Shown here one piece after another: positions 1 to 12,249 of a stretch of DNA of 64,000 nt; within the stretch, counting starts at the first letter, position 1, and the number at the start of each line of letters is the position of its first letter. A program made the position numbers and the translations under genes. This DNA comes from Lama guanicoe (taxonomy: Eukaryota), in assembly GCA_013239625.1 (NCBI GenBank), contig MU054400.1, positions 4,901,802-4,965,801 on the forward strand, read 5' to 3'. The notes under the pieces were generated by a model. That model was not told the origin of the DNA. It saw nothing but the letters and a program-made list of their open reading frames with translations, and did no database searches.

Positions 1-297
1 CTGGAACTGAACACCAGGTCTGGCATTCGTGTTTCATCCAGACTTTCAAAACAAAGCCCCCATCCATCCTCTCACTTACCCTCCCACCAACAGCCGTAAA
101 GAAGGTGCAGGGAGAATGACCGGTTTGGATCTCCGGTGAGGAGCCCGAAGCAGAGCGAGGTTCATGACTTACCTGCTGAGGCATGTCTGGTTAGTGGAAG
201 GACAAAGGTGAGACCTCCAGACTCATGGCTCCCAACTCAGGAGCCTTCCAGAAACCACCAGAGGAAGGAGGTGTCAAAGAGCAGGCTGTCTACTCAC

Positions 298-390
298 CTT
301 CCTGTAGATGGCAAATATGGTTCCGATGGAAGCCAGGCAGTCAATGTTGGAGGATCCATCCAGCGGGTCAAAGCAGACCACGTATTTACC
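298..390 (-). CDS. FBP2: FBP2 coding exon 3 (93 nt); gene continues beyond the left edge
   Basis: cacag|[34 protein letters not shown]; donor AAG|GTGAGT. Confidence 0.97.
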
Positions 391-2397
391 CTGTGTGCAC
401 AGAGGCAGAACCACCCGATCAGGTCACCTTCCCATCAACACCCTTTAGGGAAGCGGCCGTGTGTGGCAGATAACAGCACATCAAAAGCCATTTAGAGCCA
501 AGGGATATCCTTACTAAAAAGCACAGTTACTTAAGGAGGCAGTGTATCAGCATACATGAATTGTGCAGCCTAGAGCCTACCTGCCCATAAACAGATGAGC
601 TGACACCTCCATGCAGTGATGGAGGTCCCCCGCACCTCCAGGTGGCTCTCCTCCCACCTGCTCTGGCCCCGTCCTCCCCTCCTACCTAGGCACCAGTGGG
701 GACCTGACTCAGAGCTGCTGAGGGTGTGACAGGAAGCAGATGTGAAATTAACACCTTGCAGAAGCTGAAAATGAACTTGGACAAGTCTACCCATGTCCAC
801 AGGGAGGTGGGCTATTGACTTAGTGACCATTCTTTCTCAGCCTCTCCTCAGAAGGCTTTTTTTTCATTTTGGCACATTTTTACCAAAAGAAAATCTCAGA
901 ACAATGTCCCAGGGTCTCTGGGTCTGTCTTACTAGGATAGCTGGTCTGTAAAAACACCTCAGGAGAATAGAAATACTCCTCTGGAGTGCATCCATCCTAC
1001 CTTTCCTACCCGAAGACCAGAAGACCGAGCAGGTGGGGTCTTGAGTTACCATGTCCCTTGGGCCCACCCATGGTGCTGTCACAGGCCAATGCTCAGTGGA
1101 AAGAAATCACCAGGCATTTTTACAGGCGTCCTATGTCCAAGGTTCTGTGAGAGCCTTAGTGATGGGAGACTGGGGTCTCCTGGCTAATTAAATCCTGGTA
1201 ATAAAACATCAAGTAAAATGCAAGTCATTTCTTCCACCATGGAAACTACTTTCCCCTGACTTTCCACTGAGTAATGCTAGGGCTTGAAAGAAAGCTTGAG
1301 TTTTCTTTTTCTTTTTTTCCCCCCCTTACTCAACAGGAGGTGGGATGGGGGTTGTAGAATAATCCATAAATTTGGAGATTCCTGATTCTCCCTGTGGATA
1401 ATCCAGTCTAGCCCCTTCCTTCATGCACGCATTCATTTAACAGATATTTGCTGACCACCAAGCATACGCTGGAAAACGTTCAGGGGCTGGTGCGGGAGCA
1501 AGCGTGGAGTATTCGAGAACTAGCACCAAGACCTGTGGCGTCAGGCCAACTGGGAAAGAAAATGTGACATTAGATTGGAGAGAGAATCAAGGGTCCTATG
1601 AGTGGAAACGGAACATTGAAAATAATAGGTAGGACTTAGCTTCCATTATGTGAGACAACAAGTATGCACAGTCCCTGGCATACAGTAAGTGCTTAATAAA
1701 TTCAACTTTACTTCTTCCGTTCTTTCAGCTAATTGTCAAGAAATGGCACCTCGTCCCTGAACTCACTGTACAAAACAAGGGCAAACAGCCCTGGCATTGA
1801 TTTGGTATTGCTGTATCACAGCTGAACATGGGCTGAATGTTTTTGGTCACCTGCTTTTTTTCTAATAAACTGAAACGCAGCGAACATAGACCCTCCCCAG
1901 TCACGCCCGCACTGACCAAGTTTACCACTGTATTAAGGGAAGAGCAAGGATCTCAATGATTTCTTTTCTCTTTTAGTGTAACAGTTTGTCAGGCATGAAG
2001 AAGGAAGTCTCCGCTGAACCCACAGCCCCTTGGGGCAGGGGCTGGGAATGCGAATGCGGACGGGAGGAGGCTGTGGAGTGCTGCTCTTCCCAGGAGCCCT
2101 GCTTTTTGCTGGACTTGATTTTCAAGCCCTCTAAAATGCCAGGACATGCTACCAGCACAGTCAGCGAAAATCCATGATGAACCCCATCTGCTGAGGAGAT
2201 TCGGTAGATCACTGTGATTTATTTCCTGAATGAGTCACTGCCCTGTTACGGAGTCTTTTTGAATAGATAGCATGAGACTTATAGCGAAAGAAGTCTGTAA
2301 TCCATGGTTTCCGGGAAATAAAAATGAAGCAATGGAGGAAAATCCCAGAAACTAAAAGAAAGAAAGGAAGGCAACTAAAGACCACCTCCCCAATCCA

Positions 2398-2532
2398 GGG
2401 GGTGGGGTATATAGCCCAGTGGTCGACAGCATGCACGAGGTCCTGGGTTCAATCCCAGTACCGCCGTTAAAACAAAAAAACAAAAACGAAAACAAAAAAC
2501 AAAACCAAAGAAGGAAAAAAAAAACACAAAAA
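2398..2532 (+). mobile_element. tRNA-derived SINE (vic-1-like)
   Basis: degenerate A box TAGCCCAGTGG, B box GGTTCAATCCC, A-rich tail. Confidence 0.85.
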
Positions 2533-2596
2533 GGTCCCACCCAGTAGCGCCCTCTACTGGTGAATAGAGGAACTTCATCCCGGCTCCCGCACGCAC

Positions 2597-2759
2597 CCTC
2601 TTCTCCTTGGAGGTGATAATCGCGTCTTTATTCTCTTCGGAGACCAGGACGCAGGTGCCGTAGGAGGACTGGAGCATGTTGATCACCAGGGAATTGGATA
2701 ACACGTCCAGCTTCTTCACCTCATCCCCCGTCACGTTCACGCTTCCCGCGATTCCGTAC
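2597..2759 (-). CDS. FBP2: FBP2 coding exon 2 (163 nt)
   Basis: cttag|[55 protein letters not shown]; donor AGG|GTGCGT; muscle-type Glu in GDEVK. Confidence 0.97.
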
Positions 2760-3922
2760 CTAAGAAGACAAAAGGCTGGAGGAAATCACCAAGGGAGCCC
2801 CGACCCCAGCGAAGAAGCCCGGTGGCCAAGACCTCGCCTGTGGGTCCCTCTTTCCCTTCGTGGCTCCGGAGGCTCCAAGTATCAATACGACCAGGTACGT
2901 CCTGTCTCACCCTTGCTTCCTTTACACCTCGGGGATATTGTCATGGTCCTCATCATCCCAGTAACACTAACCAGAATTCGGTCTTGCCAACCTACAGCCC
3001 TGCCTCCTGTCACTGGGAGACGGAGACTGAGAAAGTTCATTAAGTCGGACACATCGCCATAATGAGTAACTCCAGAAAGTAAATTTCATGGCTTTCCGGC
3101 CTCAGAAATCTTAGTATTTGTTGATTATCTTCAAATACTAGCCTGCTGGGCTGAACTAAAAATTGCCCCGCTGTAGCTTGACGTTACTTGAATAAGAAGA
3201 AAACTGGGTGACAGGCTTAACCAAGACATCCTCTGGAACCCAGCAGGCACACACCAGCCTTACACAGACCCCAGGGTTGGCTGTTCCCCAACCCCCATGC
3301 TCTTCTCTCCAGAGCCACGTGGCTCTCACCCTCCTCAAGCCTTTTTTGCATTCCAACAGCTGCAAAGGTCCTGTGGCCACTGGCCCCCAGCAAGCTGCTT
3401 CTCTCCTTCCCCCCTTCACTCATGGCATCCCCCCTGCGGGAGTGCTTTCTACCCATGATAGCTTTCTCCTCCTAGCTTTTCTTCGAGAAGCTTCCCAGGT
3501 CCCACCACACACCAGGGACACCCCTCTCATCCTTTCCACAGTGGCTCACAGTCTGTTCATGCGAACGTCTCTCCTCCTGGATTATCCGCTCACCAAAGGC
3601 GAGAACTCTGGCTCACTGTGTTTGTTCCCACAGTGCTCAGATGCTCAATGGATGTTCACTGAATATAATTCCCTTCCTCTCCTTTTTGTTAATGCCATTT
3701 ATTTGCCAAAGGACTCTTCAGGTGGTTCTAAACAGGTAGCCTGGGTTGAGATCCCCTGACTGACCCTAAGCTGGGAGACAACTCATTTCCCACCCTTTTC
3801 CCTGACTGCCAGCCTCTCCCCCACCCCCCACAGGCCTCCTGCATCACTTGACGTCTGATGTGTTGAGATCTACCTTGGAAAACAATAGTTGGTAGCCTGG
3901 CCTCAAAGATTGGACCTTCTGG

Positions 3923-4023
3923 CTGGGGTGGGGGGTGGGAATAGCTCAGTGGTACAATGCATGCATGCTTAGCATGCACAAGGTCCTGGGTTCAATCCCC
4001 AGGACCTCCATTAAACAAAAAAT
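3923..4023 (+). mobile_element. tRNA-derived SINE (vic-1-like)
   Basis: TAGCTCAGTGG...GGTTCAATCCCC; TSD AGATTGGACCTTCTGG / AGATTGTACCTTTTGG. Confidence 0.9.
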
Positions 4024-5784
4024 AGATTGTACCTTTTGGTTCAGAATAAAAGCAAACAAACACAACAGCAACAACAAAACTGGGTTATTCTGCACCTGAA
4101 TTTAAAGGGTCCACTAACGCAATCCTCATGTTTAATGTGGAATCTTGATGCAGCTGCTACTGGAGAATGAAGAGCTGGGGTCCCCAAGGCCTGTGGGTGG
4201 CAGAGCTGAGAGCTAGGCTCCGTCCTGTGCTTTGCAAACTCCTCCCCCCAACACCACCCCAATCCCACTCTTACCCCACCCTTCGACCCACCCTCTGCAT
4301 CCTCCCTCCAGGAGCTGGGCATCCTGCTGTGTCTCTCCCCTCCCACCATCAACATCCCTCCTTCCAGAAAGAATGCGATTTCATTCACAATGAGATCAAA
4401 CTGCCTGACAATTGCTCCAAGTTAGATAGGGGCGGAAAAGTGCTTTAGAACTCGTAAGACAGTATCTTTTTCTATTTTAACTAGTATTAAAGCCTTCCTG
4501 ACAATTTTTAAATGGGATATTCTGCCATTTTGGCATTAGAAAGCCACAGAGAGGACTGTAGGCGCAGCATTCTAGCATTCCCTTCTTCCTACAGCGAGGG
4601 GCAGAGGAAAAAAGAAGAAAAATATGAGACTTTCTGATCAGTTTTGCATTTATTGAGCATGTGCCTAAAAATGTCTTCCCAAAAAGAGGAAGCAAAGGAA
4701 TGAAGGGCTTGAGGTCCCCTAAACGGCAAAGTGGCAGGAATATGTGAAAGTCATGAACAGAACTGCACTGGGTGGGACAGAGTGTAAACTTTTAGCTCTC
4801 TGGGATGCAATTCCAGGGTCCTCTTAAAATAACCTCAGCATCTTATCAGAAAGAAGGGATTTGCAGCCAATGGGCTTCTCCCGCTGACACTTTGGGTACC
4901 TGTTACGGAGGCACCAAGAGAAAGATGCCGCCTGAATTTGCACAATACGCGCAGACCGAGGACCCCTTGCTTCAGCCTCCGAGAAAACGAGGAATCCTGA
5001 CGTCTTGTTTCCACGGGTTGTGCCTGCCACCTCGTGGTCAGTCCGTGGCATCGACCAGTTAGCCGGCAAATTTCCCCAGGTCCAGGCTTGGAACCATGGT
5101 CATAAGAAGCATTTACTGAGCATTTATTGTGGGGCTGGCACTGTCTAAATCATCATCCCATGGACTAAGCCTTACAACAACCCTACGAGTTAGGAGCTGT
5201 TAGTATCCAATCCGTTTTGCAAATGGGGAAACAGGTCCTAGCGAGAGTAGATCATTGCCCGTGATCACAAGGCACAAAATAGTCAGAGGAGCACTTTAAT
5301 TATCCAGTCCCTGAGTCCACTTCCTCTGGACTCTCCGTGGCCGCAAAGTCAGAGTTCCGCAGCAAGCAGCACAGCGCCACCACAGCAGCCTCTGCCTAGA
5401 CGAGCCTCCTGCCCCGGGGAGCCCGTGAAGGTGGGTGAGCAGCACGGAGAGGTCAGCACGCGGTCCAGGAAACTGCTGTCCGCGCAGCAGCGCTCACCGC
5501 CTGGCAGGAGTGGAACAGAGGCAAACGGCTGTGCCTCACGTTCATGCAGGTTCTTAAAGGCAGAGCTGGCCGTGATTGCCAAATGAGGGGCTCACACAGT
5601 TACAGCAATACGCGGAGGGGAAAAACCCATCACGAGGCACCTGTCACTTGGGGTCCATTCCTGGGTCACAAAACTGTGTATAAATGAATTCTGTAATTAT
5701 CACTTTTTTGGTGTGTTCAAAGTACTAAGTTGTTAAGAATAAATATTTTAAATTATTAGACTTTGTCATTTCTTTATTTTTGGA

Positions 5785-5786
<2 letters not shown>

Positions 5787-5843
<57 letters not shown>
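5787..5843. repeat. (AAT)19 microsatellite in FBP2 intron 1
   Basis: perfect trinucleotide array, 57 nt. Confidence 0.97.
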
Positions 5844-5844
<1 letters not shown>

Positions 5845-6583
5845 GGTCTCTTCAACTTCTGAGAGGACCTCCACTGCAATTGCTCCCAGGACAATGGAAG
5901 CCCAAAGAAAGACTGTTTTTTTCCACCAGGCTTAAACTGGACCCTTGGCTGTGAGGATCAACAGCTGTAGCATGAACTTGGCCTCCTTCTGTGCTTAGAT
6001 AAAGCACAGTGAAAAACAAAGCAGAAGGACTCTCTGCAGTCCCTGCTCCCAGCTTTCTGCACACCACATGGAGAGAAAGTTAAGGGACAGAGAAGAAATG
6101 AAAATTTGTTTTCAAAGCAAAAGACTCCTTTTGATGGTGAGAAAGGAGATGGAGGACGGGCCCTGGGAAGTTACTTGGTGAGTGATTTCTAGCTCCTAAA
6201 GGCTACTGGCAAAGGTCATGACAATAAAATGCTCGTATCGCAAAGGGCAGAAAGAATCGTCTCAAGTCCCCTGGCGGTGTCTTTGTGCCAGTGAGACTGC
6301 AAACACAAGTCAGGAGAACTTGGGCTGGGTTCTAAAGGAACAAGCCCCCCAGCTTGTCAATACCATACATGGCAACTGGAAAATTATGTGTTTTTGTCTC
6401 CATAGCGTTTCCTTTCTTGAAAGAAGTCCAAGGCCCCTTTATCAAAGCACAGGCGGCAGATACTTTAGACGCAACTCCCCTCCAGGGCACACAGGCTAGT
6501 AGCCTCTGACCGGGTTTGGGGCCCAGGCCCCCCTGCCCACCCCCACCTGGCCCCGGGTCCCTGCGTCGTGGGGCGGGACTCAC

Positions 6584-6753
6584 AGGTGGGCCAGGCCGGC
6601 CTTGCGCACCGCCGAGGAGATGGCTTTGATGGCCGTCAGCATGGAGTTGAGCAGCTGCGTGAGCTCCCCGGTGCCTTTGGCCTGACGACCCTTTTCCATC
6701 ACGTAGCGGGTCAGGGTGAGCATGTCCGTTTCGAAGGGGCTTCTGTCCCCCAT
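6584..6753 (-). CDS. FBP2: FBP2 coding exon 1 (170 nt)
   Basis: Kozak [67 protein letters not shown]; donor CT|GTGAGT; muscle-type Lys in MEKGR. Confidence 0.97.
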
Positions 6754-7400
6754 GGCGGCAGGTACTTTTTCAAATCTTTGTCTCCCCGCAGAAGAAAGCC
6801 TTATCTCTAAGGGCTGGTCAGTGGCTCCGCGGTGTCAGAGCTGATTTGATCTGCCCTGGCCGTGCCAGGACCTTTAAGGGAAAGAGCCCAACCCACATGG
6901 CTGAGATAACTCGGCGAGCCGTCAAGGAAATCTCTCTGGCTCGGCTCATCTGAAGGCTTCCAAGGCGCTATAAGCAAGCTCTAAATAGAACCGGGCTGCC
7001 CAGAAACACAGACCTACTTTTTCTTGATGAACCTTTTTCTTTAAAGAGCCTGTGAAGCAACAATTTAGTAACAGGTAGATGAGAAGTTCAGCCAGTGAAA
7101 AAATGATCCGTTAAGACCCTCTTATTCAAGGACTCAAAAGGATTCTTCACATATATCTACTGCGGAGGACCTGCCCCTTGCCTTGTAGGAGGTGGATTGG
7201 CAGATACCTTATCTGGGGAAAAGGTCACATGCAATCCTGGGACCTCTTGGCCAGGGTTCTTTCATATGTTTGAAAGGATGCTTTTTGTTTCTAAAAAGTA
7301 TATATTACTGGATGGATAGCCATAATAGATATTCAAATCTGGAAGAAAAAAATTATATTTCTAGCACAGTGCCTAGCTAGGCACTGGGGTTATTTTTAAA
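6754..7400 (-). promoter_or_regulatory. FBP2: FBP2 5'UTR / proximal promoter
   Basis: immediately upstream of the ATG; TTAAA TATA-like near 6873-6877; MEF2-like CTCTAAATAG 6979-6988; MEF2 consensus TTATTTTTAA 7390-7399. Confidence 0.55.
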
Positions 7401-8939
7401 ATTTCTCTAGTTTTGCATTTTATAACAAAAATAATACTTGCCAATTGAAAAGGGGACACTACAAAGTATGTAAAGAAAAAGTGAAAATTCTCAGCACCAG
7501 CCCAGTCCCCAACCCACTCCCTAGAAATGACTGCATCAGAGCTGGAGGGGGGTCATTGGTAATGGGCACCTCCGGGGGTGGAGGTCTGTGTAGGGTGGTC
7601 CAGGCACATTCTCTAGGGGCAGACAGACCTGGCTCTGAGTCCCAGAAATGCACTGCCAGTTGTACGATTTGGAAAAGTTCCCGAAGGCTTTGTTTCCCTA
7701 CTTGCAAATGGCAGTAACAGTAAAACATGTACCTTATAGAGTAGTCAGAGGATTAAAGTGGTAAGATGTGCCTGTCACACAGTCAGTGCTCAATACTTGT
7801 TTGTTGTTATTACCCTCCTAATTTTTTGATGTATCTGTAACTATTATGTATACATATATAATTCTGTTTTACAAAGGAGGACAATATGCACATTGCTCTG
7901 CAATTTAATCTTTTCCTTTGACAATTATTTCAATCAGAATGTGTTTAGCAAGTAATAGAAAACTTAGAGTGATTTAATTATGCGAGGGTTTATTTTTCTC
8001 ATATTTTCTCCAAGGCAGCTGCTGACATTCATTTAGCCATTCAAAGGTTCCATCAGGACCCTCTCTCTGTCTCTTCTTCTTAATCCTTGGTCACCTTGCT
8101 TTTGCCTCCAAGATTATCATCTCGTGGGCACAACGTGGCTGCCACAGCTCTAAACATCACACTGAAGATCCAAAGAGGGAAGAAGGGCAGCTCCAACCAC
8201 ATCAGTTCCCTTTTATTAGGAAAGAAATAATTCCCCGGAAACATTACCTAGACTCCCAAGAAGACTTCCACCTTTGGAGCACTGGCATGGTTCATATCAT
8301 ACGGTGATTCTTTGCTACAGGAGTTGGGCACTAGTATTGAATCAACCAATCTAAAGCATCTGCCACAGCAAAACACCTTGGAGATACATTCACGTCGATA
8401 CATAGAAACATACTGCGTTCCAATGTGTGGCCAGTTAGATTTTGCCAGGCTTCAAACAATGCTGCACCAAGCTCCCTTGTCTTTGTGTGTGTGCTTATGT
8501 GAGGGCTTCAGTAAGATCCAGCTCTAGGAGAGGAATTGCTATGAGCATTTTAATTCTGACATGACCAGGATCTAAACCAGAAAACAAACAAACCCCCCCC
8601 CCCAAAAACCTCCCCTTTTCTTCCCTAAGAGCTTCTGGGAATTGTGAGGACTGCAGAATGGAGCTTTCTTTGTTCTTGATGTGTCATGGTGCCATCAACA
8701 AGGAACTAAGTCTTGTCTCTCACATGGGAGATCAACCAAGATTCTTCAGACGTAATTGTAGAAAGAGCAGCGGCCGGATATTAGGTGTCCTGGGCCAGTA
8801 AATGGCTGCAAGATGGTGAGGGTGGCTTGGTTGGTTGGTTTCCAAGTTTCCTTTGAAGTCAAATGTTGTCATCTGATTAAGAGGGTTTCCCCTGTGATGG
8901 TACAAAACAAGGCTACTCAAGGTCAGCTGTCACATCTTC

Positions 8940-9830
8940 CCTAGAGGAATGAATGTGTGTATATTCACACAAAGACCCATTCACGAATATTTACAGCAGC
9001 TCCATTTATGATCGTCAGAACCTGCAAACCCCCAGATAATCCTCAGCGGTGAATGGGGAAACAAACTGTGGTAGATCCAGAAAACAGAACACTATTTGAC
9101 AACAAAAAGGAGCGAACTGTTGTTACATGTGGCACTGGGACAAATCTCAAAGGCATTATACTGGGTGAAAGCAGCCAGTCTTAAAAGATTATATGCCAGA
9201 GGGGTAGGGTGGGGTGTTACAGCTCAGTGGTAGAGCGTGTGCTTAGCATGCACAAGGTCCTGGGTTCAATCCCCAGCACCTCTATTAATTAAAAAAAAAA
9301 ATAAAAGACTGTCTGCTGTATGGTTCCATTTATATGATATTCTCAAAAAGACAGAATTATAGACCTAGAGAACAACTCCATGGTTGCCCGGGCATAGGGC
9401 TGTGGGAAGAGAACAGGACAAAGGAATTTTTTGCCAGATTCTGCTGTTCTGTATCCTGATTGGTTATTGCGAATAATGCTACCATGTGCATAGTAGGCCA
9501 GATGTATGTTCAAGTCCCTACTCTCAGTTCTTTGGGGGGACATACCCAGAAGTAGAATGCCTGGATGATATAGTAATTCTGTGTTTAACTTCCTGAGGAA
9601 TCACTGTGCCATTTTCCACAGTGGCTGCACAGTTTTCTGTTCCCACTAGCAGTGCACAGCGGTCCCAATGTCTCCACATCCTTGCCAACAGCTGTTATTT
9701 TCTGGTTTTTTTTTTTTTTGATAACAGCCATCCTAATGGGTATGAAATGGTATCTCAGTGTGGCTTTGATTAGCTTTTCCCTAACGATCGGTGATGTTGA
9801 GCATTTTTCATGAGTTTATTGGCCTTTTTA
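8940..9830. mobile_element. Old L1 fragments (plus strand about 8940-9470, minus strand about 9500-9830)
   Basis: L1 ORF2-end/3'UTR-like motifs, e.g. AAACTGTGGTAGATCCA and CATACCCAGAAGTAGAAT...TTTTCCACAGTGGCTGCAC. Confidence 0.75.
9199..9302 (+). mobile_element. tRNA-derived SINE inserted in an older L1
   Basis: A and B boxes, A tail; decayed TSD AAAAGATTATATGC / AAAAGACTGTCTGC. Confidence 0.9.
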
Positions 9831-11302
9831 GTTCCTTTTTGTTATGTTTTCTACAAGTAACAGTTCATAAGAGATTGGAAGAGAAACAAACAAACAAACA
9901 GAGTAGTGCCTCAGCACAACTGCCCGGGGAAGCCCTGGTACCCAGCGCGCTGTGGATGTTAAGAATGAGCACGACTCGGTAATCTGGGGATCAGGAGGAG
10001 GTACTGGCTGGTGTTGTTTTTAAACAGTCCACCAGTCCCTCCATAACAGGGTCCGACGGAGGGGCTCCTGTTTCTGCCACCGTCCAGCCCAGGCTGACAG
10101 CGGGCGCAGCATCCCCACCCCTTGGCAGCTGCATTTAAATGTCAGAAGTTCGAGTTACCCAATGGTCTAAAATTGCAGCTGATGACCTTTCGGCAAATGC
10201 CAAAGTTCTTTCAGGGCACAAAACAGGGTGGAAACTTATAGAGCAGCTGTGGTGAAAAACCAGAGAAAGGCAGACGAGCATCCAGCTCGTGTTTATTTCA
10301 GTGCCGAGGATACACTGGTGACCGCGAAGCCGTCTCTGGCCTTGCTCTGCTGCTTGGCAAAAGATGCTCACAGACCTGAGACTACATAAATAAGGACAAG
10401 GAGACCCTCCTAGTGGCCGAGGCCATGTTGCTCATGCCTCAGGGCCCTCTGCCCAGAGACAGGGGTCTGGAATATGACTCCAGAGGACCATTGTTGTTAG
10501 CAAAACTCTGCTAAGACGCAACGTATGGTTTGGTTTGGTTTGAAGTTTTCAATCGAAAAAGGTTTTATTATAAGAAACAATGCCATCAGGTAAAAATGCA
10601 AAAAGTTACACAATCATGGTAAAATGTTTTAAAATATCTACACATTTGCCCCCACAGGACTGCAGGACTGAACCGCATACCCGAGCACTGGACACTGAAT
10701 GCCATTCTAAACGTCTCTGCCCGGGGACTCTGGCCCCATGCAGATCACAGCTTCCTTTTCTCATGCGCCAATGAAATCAGCTTGATCCTTAAGCACCAGC
10801 TTTGCAGGGTAACACCAGACAAAAATGGAAAATAAAGAGCACAATTTCTACTTTCCTGTAACATGGTTATGCCAAGTCTAGTGTTCAGTGTATAAAAATA
10901 CATAGGAGAGTGCTGTATGCAGTCTTTAAATGCAAAAACCAAGTTAAAGTGGGACTGACATGTGTTGGACTTATATTTTTAATTCTTTGGTACCCATTGC
11001 ACCTTTTACTGTTAGCCTCATCATCCTATGCCCTTTTAAAAAGAGTTTTTAAGCCTTTATTTTTTAGAGTAATTTAGGTTGACAACAAAATTGAGAGGAG
11101 ATGCAGAGATTCCTCCGGTACCCACACGTGCACAGCCTCTCTGTTATCAACATCACTCACTGGAATGGTACGTTTTAAACAAAGAATGCACTTACATTAA
11201 CACATCATCATCACCCTAAGTCCGTAGTTTACCTTAAGGCTCCCTCTCGGTGCTGTACATCCTGTGGGTTTGGGCATTTTGTTAGCTCTGATTTAATTTC
11301 TG

Positions 11303-11357
11303 TGCTTAGCATGCATGAGGTCCTGGGCTCAATCCTCAATACCCTCATTAAAAAAAA
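11303..11357 (+). mobile_element. 5'-truncated tRNA-derived SINE
   Basis: GTGCTTAGCATGCATGAGGTCCTGGGCTCAATCC plus A tail. Confidence 0.75.
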
Positions 11358-12074
11358 TTTGTTAAGGTATGTTTTATGGCTCAGAACGTGGTCTGTATTG
11401 GTGAATGTTCCACGTAAACTTGAGAAAAATGTGTATTCTGCTATTTATTGCGTGAATTAGTCTCTAGATGCCAATTGTACCTTGCTGATGAGTGGTGGTG
11501 TTAAATTCAACTGTGTGCTTACTGGTTTCCATCTGTTGGATCTGTCCTTTTCTGAGAGAGGAGAGTGGAAATCTCCAACCACGATAGTGAATTCATCTCC
11601 TTACCGTTTCGCCACGTGCAGTTTGATGCTCTGTTGTTAAGCGTGTTCACTATAATGTCTTCTTGGAGAATTGACTCCTTTATTACTATATACTGAGTTT
11701 CTTTATCCCTAATAACTTTCCCGGCTATGAAGTCTGCTCTGAAATTAATAATAGCTACTCCTGTTTTCTTTTCATTAGTGTTAGTGTATTTTTCTCCCTC
11801 CATTTACTTTTACCCTGTATGTGTCTTTCCATTTAAAGTGGGTTTCTAATGGACAGCACAGAGTTGAGTCCTGCTTTCATCCACTCTTTTAACTGGTGGG
11901 TTCAGGCTTTCAAAGTGATTATTGATCTAGTTGGATTAATAGCAAATAGTAACACACTTGTTATTCTTGTCTATTCGTTGTCCTTGTTCTATGTTCCCAC
12001 TGTTGATTTCCACTCTTTTCCTGCCTTTTGTGATTTAATTGATCATTTTATATAATCATTTTCTCTTCTTTCTT

Positions 12075-12249
12075 TTTTATTCTCTAATTTTTCTTTCTTT
12101 TTTTTTTTTTTAAGTTTTTTCCCCCCTGGGGGGAGGAGGGAGGTAATTAGGTTTATGTATTTATTCACGCTTAGAGGAGGTACTGGGGATTGAACCCAAG
12201 ACCTCATGCGTGCTAAGCATGTGCTCTACCGCTGAGCTGTACCCTCCCC
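12075..12249 (-). mobile_element. tRNA-derived SINE, long-tail form
   Basis: reverse A/B boxes; tail AATACATAAACCTAATTACCTCC; flanking repeat TTTCTCTTCTTTCT / TTTCTCTCCTTTCT. Confidence 0.88.

Noticed and set aside
5763..5954. Poly-Asn ORF
   Set aside because: Translation of the (AAT)n microsatellite.
6736..6753. N-myristoylation signal created by Gly2 in FBP2
   Set aside because: Asp directly after Gly and Pro at position 6 violate the myristoylation consensus.
298..6753. Second FBPase copy as a novel duplication or pseudogene
   Set aside because: Intact splice sites and muscle-type residues identify it as ordinary FBP2; the tandem FBP1-FBP2 arrangement is known in mammals.
11050..11275. 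Similarity to 53970-54250 suggesting a segmental duplication
   Set aside because: Both are 3' ends of related old L1 subfamilies, so independent insertions explain it.
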